A stretch of DNA of 52,086 nt from a virus. Taxonomy: Duplodnaviria; Heunggongvirae; Uroviricota; Caudoviricetes. The notes beneath the pieces were generated by a model. It worked only from the letters and a program-made list of their open reading frames with translations, had not been told where the DNA came from and did not search any database. Made by a program: the position numbers and the translations under genes. The stretch lies in IMG/VR virus record IMGVR_UViG_2698536618_000020; one strand, given 5' to 3'. Shown here piece by piece: positions 46,701-52,086 of the stretch. The first letter of the stretch is position 1. Every line of letters begins with the position of its first letter.

Positions 46701-49700
46701 TGCCGGTATGCTGGAGGGGAAAATTCCGGCAGCGAAACTGGCTGATATGATGGACAGTAAGCCGGGGTTACGGAGCATGTCGGATACCTGGAAACTGCTC
46801 CGTACGCTTTCTGCATTGCAGATTGATAAAGCATCCGGCTATCGTGTCAGGTCCGGTGTTTATTCGTTTGTCGGGGGAAAACGTTACGATCCGCCGCAAA
46901 TGATGTATTCGCTTCGTGATAGCAAGGGGCGCGACCTCTTTTTCTCGGAAAGCCGGGATGAGTTACTGAAAAAGGCGAAAGCATATTTCGATGAACAAGG
47001 CTCCAGAGAAAGGGAAACGCCAGCAACCTCTGCTGATGACAGAATAACCTTTGACGTGTACCGGCATAAGGCCAGTGGCGACATTTTTATCGGTTATGGC
47101 AAAAACAGGCAGAAACTGAAGGGCGGTTTTGAGTCTGCCCGTGATGCACATGATTATGTGCGCACACATCGTGATGAGCTGGTTAATCAGGTGAAGGCGC
47201 TGCGTGAAGTCTCGCGTGAGGAGCAGCGTAACGCCACCAACCGCGATCGTACCGGACCAGAACGCCGCAAGGGGGATGTTTCGCCGGAGCAGTTCAGTGA
47301 TGCGTTTGGTTTTCGTGGTGTGCAGTTTGGTAATTATGTGGAAAGTCCGCGTCGTCAGGCTGATTTGAACCGGGCTTATGACTCGCTGCATGACCTGGCT
47401 GACGTGCTGAACGTGCCGACAAAAGCGCTTTCTCTGAACGGTCGTCTTGGGCTTGCTTTTGGTGCCCGTGGTAAGGGTAAGGCGGCGGCACACTATGAGC
47501 CGGGTGAGGTGGCAATCAACCTGACAAAAGGTAACGGACCGGGGGCGCTGGCCCACGAATGGTTCCATTCACTGGATAATTATTTTGGTCGTTATGATGT
47601 TTCCACTGACGGGAAGATCACGTCAGGTGGCGACTATATGACGGAAGCACAGCGTGCCGGGCGCGTATTTAAAGACGGCAGGTATGTTGATGCGGAATAT
47701 CCGGTACGTCAGGAGGTTTACGACGCGTTTAAAGGCGTGATGAAAGCCATTAACAGCAGTGACATGTTGCGTCGTTCTGAACGCCTGGATGGCGTTCGTT
47801 CAAAACCGTACTGGTCAACGGATGTTGAAATGGCGGCGCGAGCCTTTGAGCGTTATGTTCAGGATAAAGCGCGTATGGCTGGCGTGGAGAATGATTATCT
47901 GGTCAATATCCGTAAGGCACCTGAGCACAACACAGATAACACCTGGGCTTATCCGACGAATGCGGAACTGGATGGCGGTATTCGTGATGCATTCGATCAC
48001 CTGTTCAGTACGCTGAAAACCCGTGAGACGGACAAGGGCGTTGCGTTTTATTCCCGTAAGGGCGTGACCCGCACACCTGAAGGCAATCTCATTTCGGATG
48101 TTAACCGCAGTGCGGAAGCCAAAGGCAGCCCGGTCCCGCAGGTTGAAGCGGTTGCCCGTGGCGTGATGAGTGGCATTAAGGACAGTGACCTGAAGGTCCG
48201 CGTGGTGAAGTCACAGAAAGAGGCTGAAGCGCTGGCGGGTGAATCGTTCGACGGTTACGGCAGGGTGCATGCGTTCTATCGTCCGGATAAACGTGAAATT
48301 GTCCTGGTGGCGGATAACATCCCTGACGGGCGGACCGTTCGCGAGAAGCTGCGTCACGAGATTATCCACCATGCAATGGAGCATGTAGTCACGCCAGCGG
48401 AATATCAGACGATTATTAAGACCGTGCTGAAAACCCGTGACAGTGATAACGCCACCATCCGTGAAGCCTGGCGTAAGGTTGATGCGTCTTATGGTAAGGA
48501 ATCACCGGAAGTGCAGGCGGGTGAATTTCTGGCACATATGGCGGAGAAACAGCCGAATAAATTTGTGGCGGCGTGGGAGCGTGTTGTTGCCCTGGTCAAA
48601 GGGGTACTGCGTCGCACGGGGTTACTGAAGCCGACAGAGCTGAACGATATCAGACTTGTTCGCGAAACTATTCGCACGTTAGGCCAGCGTGTGCGGGAAG
48701 GTTACACGCCGCGTGAGGATGGCGCTGGCGCATCGTCTCAGTACTCCCGTAGCGGTAAGCCTGATCCGTTCAAAGTGCCGGAAGGTGAGGGCGAGCGTTA
48801 TCGTGATGACCTTGCCAGAATGATGAAGTCTCTGCGCTCAACGGATTTAACGGTAAACATCGGGCGTACGCCGCCGGTATTGCGTCACCTTGGCGCACCA
48901 GATTTGCCGCTGGTTATCTCCCGCGACACTGTGCGTAAGGCCACCAATGGTGTGAAACATGTGGTGCCGATGGATGTTATCGAGAGACTACCGGAACTGA
49001 TGCACGATCCGGATGCAATTTACCGCTCAGCGACAGAAAGAAATGCGGTTGTGATGCTGCTTGATGCCGTGGATAAAAATGGTGATCCGGTGGTGTCAGC
49101 GGTACACATGAAGGCTGTCCGGTCGCGTCTGGAAATCAACAAGGTAGCTTCTGTTTACGGTACAGAAAATGGAAAAAAACTGAAGAGTATGGAAATGACC
49201 GGGTTAACGTTGTACCGGAGAGAAAAATTAAGCCGCGATAACCTTCTGCACAGAGGGCTCCAATTGCCCAAAGGGGAACATTCTTATCGCGGCTCTGCGG
49301 ATAAAATACTCTATCCTGAAGATATTCGCAAGGGGCCGCATTACTCCCGTACCAGCAGTCTGACACCGGAAGAGACAATTGCATCGCGTTTTGTGCGCCA
49401 GATGCAGGATAAATTCCAGGTGCTGAAAGCTGTTCAGGAGAATATCCGTAAAACTGGCGGAAAAATAGACGACAGTAACAACGCTTATATGGCGGAAGAA
49501 CTCTTCCACGGGAAGGCGGAAAACGACCTGAACGTGATGAAGGAGCGCTACGTTCAGCCACTGGCTAAATTACTGGCGGACTACAAAATTGCGCAGGCCG
49601 ATCTGGATGAGTACCTCTACGCCCGTCACGCGCCGGAACGTAACGCGCATATCGCGAAAATCAACCCGAAAATGCCGGACGGCGGTTCGGGGATGACCAA

Positions 49701-52086
49701 CGCGGAAGCGGCGGAAATCATGCAGCGTGTGCGTAACAGTGGCAAACAGGCACAGTATGACCGTCTGGCAGGGATTGTTGACGATATGCTGGCTCGTCGC
49801 CGTGAGCTTATCCGTGAGGCCGGACTGGAAGAGAGCGGTGTGGTGGATGCCTGGCAGAACGCCTACCGTTACTACGTTCCTCTGAAAGGCCAGGATGTTG
49901 ACGGTGTGGTGTCACTGCCCCGTACAGGTAAAGGCTTCACTATCGGCGGACGTGAAAGCAGGCAGGCCATGGGGCGTGCATCCCGCGCACAGTCTCCGTC
50001 CACTCAGGCGATACAGGACTTGAGCGAATCGCTGATCCGCAATCGCAAAAATGAAGTAGGTAACGCCTTCCTGAAACTGGTACAGGATAATCCAGACAAG
50101 GATTACTGGCAGGTATTCACCAATGAGCGACCGGACACCATGCGTGCGATTGCAGAGCGTGTTGATCCGGAAACCGGTGAAACCCGTCACGAAGTTGTCG
50201 AACGTCCTGTACCGATGGCAATGATGGCAGACCGGTACTTCACCACCAAAAAGAACGGCAAAACGTACTACATCAAACTCCATGATCCGCGCCTGATGCG
50301 TGCGATGAAGAATATGGGACCGGAAACCAGTAACGCCGTAATCCGCACGCTGGGGAAAGTTAACCGCTTCCTGGCAACGGTGAACACGTCGTATAACCCG
50401 GAATTCCTGGTCAGTAACTTCATCCGTGACGTGCAGACGGCGGTGATGAACCTGAAGGCGGAGCAGGGAAGGAGCGACGGTAAACTGAAAGGGCTCGATA
50501 ACTTATCCGCCCTGGCTGTGGTGAAAGACAGCCGGTCTGCCATGTCTGCCGTATACGCCCGTCTGCGTGGTAAAACCCTCACGGGCAACGGTGCGCAGTG
50601 GCAGAAGGTGTGGAAAGAGTTTGTTGAGGACGGAGGTAAAACCGGCTGGTTTAACATGGGTGACCTTGAAGGCCAGCAGAAGGAAATGGATCGCCTTGTA
50701 TCGCTGGCGAAGGGAGGATGGAAAGGCCAGAGTATCGGTGCATGGAATTCGTTCCTTAACCTTGTCGAGGATGCCAACGGGGCGGTTGAAAACGCTCTGC
50801 GTCTTTCTGCCTATAAACACGCCCGTGATGCTGGTTTGTCACGCCAGCAGGCGGCGTCTCTTGCCAAAAACATGACGGTGAACTTTAACCGTCGTGGTGA
50901 GCAGGGAGCGCTGATGAACTCGCTGTATATGTTTGCCAACGCCAGCATTCAGGGGACCGCAAACCTGGTGAGAACGCTCGGACATCTTAATGGCGACGGG
51001 CCGTTACCGGAGCGCCTTCGCTGGAAGAATCTCAATGTACCGCAGAAAATCGCGCTTGCAGCTGTGGGAGCGGGTTATCTGCTTGGCTCGCTTAACCGCA
51101 GTGTTGCGGGGGAGGATGATGACGGGGTTAACTGGTATGACAAGGTGCCGTCTCATGTGAAAGAGCGTAACCTCGTCATTATGAAATCGGTGTTCGGGGG
51201 CAAGGCCGGAGAGTACTGGAGTATTCCTCTGCCTTACGGGTACAACGTTTTCTTCCTGCTCGGGCATACTGCTGAAGGTGTGGCAGCGGGCGACCTGACT
51301 GCTTCACGTGCTGCCGGTAATGTTGTCGGTGGTATCCTGGGGGCATTCAGTCCTGTGGGCAGTGAAACGTCGGAAACACTGTCCGGGGCATTGCTGAAAA
51401 ATGCAGCGCCGACCATTCTGCGTCCGTTTGCGAACCTTGCCATGAATGAAAACTTCATGGGGGCGCAGATTTACCAGGAGAACATGCCATTTGGCACACC
51501 GAAACCGGACAGCCAGCTGGGCAGACGTTCAACGCCTGAGGCGTACAAGGCGTTTGCATCCTGGCTGAATGCGTTCTCAGGTGGCAGCCAGTATCGTCCC
51601 GGCGCGGTGGATATTACACCGGAATCGCTGAAATTCTGGATTGACTATATCTCCGGAGGGACAGGGCGCTTCATTTCCAAAACCACAGATGCGGCGGTGA
51701 AATCGCTGAACGGTATTGATATACCGGAACAGCAGGTGCCCTTCCTGGGGAAAATTTCGGGTGAGGTGATGCCGTATGCTGACCAGCAGAAGATGTATGA
51801 CCGGATGACGGAGGTTGCGCAGTACCACGCAGAGCTGAAGAGTCTGACCGGTGCAGAAAGAACGGCATTCATTGACGAGAACAACGGAAAATTGTCGATG
51901 AACGGGCTTATGCAGGATACCCGGAAGAGACTGAAGGATTTGCGTAAACAGCGTGATGCCATTTATGCCGACAGTTCTCTCAGTCTGGCGCAGCAGGCGG
52001 CGATAGTGAAATCGGTAGAGCGGGATATGAAGGTTGCCGTGGATCGCTTTAACCGCGAGTACAACAAAAAAGTGGGAGTGGAGTAA
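43735..52086 (+). CDS. giant 2783-aa protein, candidate polyvalent virion/ejected protein with two HExxH motifs
   Basis: 8352-nt uninterrupted ORF (cannot be chance); HEWFH at 47554-47568 and HEIIH(H) at 48355-48369; follows internal-virion-protein-like genes; stop TAA at window end. Confidence 0.85.
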   Translation: MAYSDEQRPEAQFGNQSRNSLNIQQPGETDSYDVFFSDPNRWKDNSTSFSLGDVLPTMGKGVAQSVRGTGEMARGLGDAMIQSPVKTGARILNEFSRMGLPGVATVQDIFVGGSKGADEVIDTLPDGKNAVTDTVGKGLKVTGKAVSGGAKASDEWLTGKMSPGAQRALNTPMTEGYDDSAVWVAKGVNLIGALVPDMVAGGVTKKLGDVTLRKVLTAGLEKKYIAAGMQPERATALAAEAVDKKMPDFFQAGLITHSTVSAQGRSAMAAADAVLNADYSELAKSPKFQQTFLSIDADPQHAQLTDRQKMDLAKERVADEVRAQLATDPELLAVNAMAAKLGDAQLLNLAMRGTAKTVKSGIVRNATEQGTINAAQGGYSRYQENTALRETAGMDVSPWEGVADATIEGAALGAAMGAPFGAAAGYRGKRQAADEAAMREAESVPQDESAPQPEPVDPVAQHRESMQGMNREQLLEQYADADMAHEGDTSAVHRREAASQLLNELDEQAKRQAVMDELKAKPRPELLEEYRKLSQKEGRTDTEEQQLQAIRDVLRPQREARPEAQPQPENADDGDGSIYPTVRFRDPDEVRIEINESGASRPAERIEKVRPDNRYFTDEKSALGSDVFRNASATGLKPSVVKKGENQYAVEMDNPAFSEDVATETINTLADGERITDADPMEQPAFMRDPRFRGFTGDDTEVQARLARGNAPTAEELVRSQMAEGDAGPTAQELTERPRLPAPGDIHPGQGYPLPGEVARTPDENQAGRGGRFTTTGEVKGQSFQKGRAQAPENAAGRQGEILEGETVRRGLPSPDEQNATAPVREGLPAPESQRGVDMPQPESLPRMVRDSLPELAQQAEARRQTGDNRQTITDVPDTEVPVPVDKPSTHQQVRGAKIEDFGEEIKGAAKHRYAQLAEAMGKTLEDGEYATQPLSKLFPKPDYARLEKEGVDSDTLAMMALYRSEIPTRTSRNMQKWISIVKSGREATAGMLEGKIPAAKLADMMDSKPGLRSMSDTWKLLRTLSALQIDKASGYRVRSGVYSFVGGKRYDPPQMMYSLRDSKGRDLFFSESRDELLKKAKAYFDEQGSRERETPATSADDRITFDVYRHKASGDIFIGYGKNRQKLKGGFESARDAHDYVRTHRDELVNQVKALREVSREEQRNATNRDRTGPERRKGDVSPEQFSDAFGFRGVQFGNYVESPRRQADLNRAYDSLHDLADVLNVPTKALSLNGRLGLAFGARGKGKAAAHYEPGEVAINLTKGNGPGALAHEWFHSLDNYFGRYDVSTDGKITSGGDYMTEAQRAGRVFKDGRYVDAEYPVRQEVYDAFKGVMKAINSSDMLRRSERLDGVRSKPYWSTDVEMAARAFERYVQDKARMAGVENDYLVNIRKAPEHNTDNTWAYPTNAELDGGIRDAFDHLFSTLKTRETDKGVAFYSRKGVTRTPEGNLISDVNRSAEAKGSPVPQVEAVARGVMSGIKDSDLKVRVVKSQKEAEALAGESFDGYGRVHAFYRPDKREIVLVADNIPDGRTVREKLRHEIIHHAMEHVVTPAEYQTIIKTVLKTRDSDNATIREAWRKVDASYGKESPEVQAGEFLAHMAEKQPNKFVAAWERVVALVKGVLRRTGLLKPTELNDIRLVRETIRTLGQRVREGYTPREDGAGASSQYSRSGKPDPFKVPEGEGERYRDDLARMMKSLRSTDLTVNIGRTPPVLRHLGAPDLPLVISRDTVRKATNGVKHVVPMDVIERLPELMHDPDAIYRSATERNAVVMLLDAVDKNGDPVVSAVHMKAVRSRLEINKVASVYGTENGKKLKSMEMTGLTLYRREKLSRDNLLHRGLQLPKGEHSYRGSADKILYPEDIRKGPHYSRTSSLTPEETIASRFVRQMQDKFQVLKAVQENIRKTGGKIDDSNNAYMAEELFHGKAENDLNVMKERYVQPLAKLLADYKIAQADLDEYLYARHAPERNAHIAKINPKMPDGGSGMTNAEAAEIMQRVRNSGKQAQYDRLAGIVDDMLARRRELIREAGLEESGVVDAWQNAYRYYVPLKGQDVDGVVSLPRTGKGFTIGGRESRQAMGRASRAQSPSTQAIQDLSESLIRNRKNEVGNAFLKLVQDNPDKDYWQVFTNERPDTMRAIAERVDPETGETRHEVVERPVPMAMMADRYFTTKKNGKTYYIKLHDPRLMRAMKNMGPETSNAVIRTLGKVNRFLATVNTSYNPEFLVSNFIRDVQTAVMNLKAEQGRSDGKLKGLDNLSALAVVKDSRSAMSAVYARLRGKTLTGNGAQWQKVWKEFVEDGGKTGWFNMGDLEGQQKEMDRLVSLAKGGWKGQSIGAWNSFLNLVEDANGAVENALRLSAYKHARDAGLSRQQAASLAKNMTVNFNRRGEQGALMNSLYMFANASIQGTANLVRTLGHLNGDGPLPERLRWKNLNVPQKIALAAVGAGYLLGSLNRSVAGEDDDGVNWYDKVPSHVKERNLVIMKSVFGGKAGEYWSIPLPYGYNVFFLLGHTAEGVAAGDLTASRAAGNVVGGILGAFSPVGSETSETLSGALLKNAAPTILRPFANLAMNENFMGAQIYQENMPFGTPKPDSQLGRRSTPEAYKAFASWLNAFSGGSQYRPGAVDITPESLKFWIDYISGGTGRFISKTTDAAVKSLNGIDIPEQQVPFLGKISGEVMPYADQQKMYDRMTEVAQYHAELKSLTGAERTAFIDENNGKLSMNGLMQDTRKRLKDLRKQRDAIYADSSLSLAQQAAIVKSVERDMKVAVDRFNREYNKKVGVE

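Noticed and set aside
44052-51962. Numerous short ORFs on both strands within the giant gene
   Set aside because: All embedded in the 8.35-kb continuous frame, which is far more probable as the real gene.
1-52086. CRISPR array, integrase/att site, rRNA/tRNA genes
   Set aside because: No short regularly spaced direct repeats with unique spacers seen; integrase would lie left of xis outside the window; no rRNA/tRNA signatures recognised.

Overview
The window is one contiguous stretch of a lambdoid enterobacterial prophage, read from the xis end of the leftward early operon to a giant late-region ORF. Integrase and att sites lie outside the window. Order: AlpA-type xis; Red recombination genes exo-bet-gam (match lambda Exo/Beta/GamS as I recall them); a 690-aa acidic protein; a variable PL-operon accessory block; N antiterminator with nutL; immunity region (OL, LexA-like cI, OR, cro, nutR, cII); replication module (YdaU/DUF1376-like organizer plus DnaC-like loader) with iteron-like repeats; a moron island carrying three toxin-antitoxin-type loci (Hok, Doc, RelE/HigA-like); nin region (ninB, ninE, rusA, ninH); Q antiterminator; a late leader with no stx genes; nanS-p-like esterase; pinholin/SAR-endolysin/Rz/Rz1 lysis cassette; terminase, portal, putative scaffold and capsid; collagen-repeat tail fibre; Lom plus a second Hok-like locus; and a 2783-aa ORF with two HExxH motifs. 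Overall architecture resembles 933W-type (Stx-phage-like) prophages of E. coli, but that is from memory and unverified. No rRNA, tRNA or CRISPR array was seen. The best candidates for undescribed biology are the toxin-antitoxin moron island (13.0-15.3 kb), the replaced accessory block between N and gam (2.4-6.6 kb), the plus-strand ORF at the rexAB-equivalent position, and the giant HExxH-bearing ORF. All family assignments are by eye and need HMM/BLAST confirmation.
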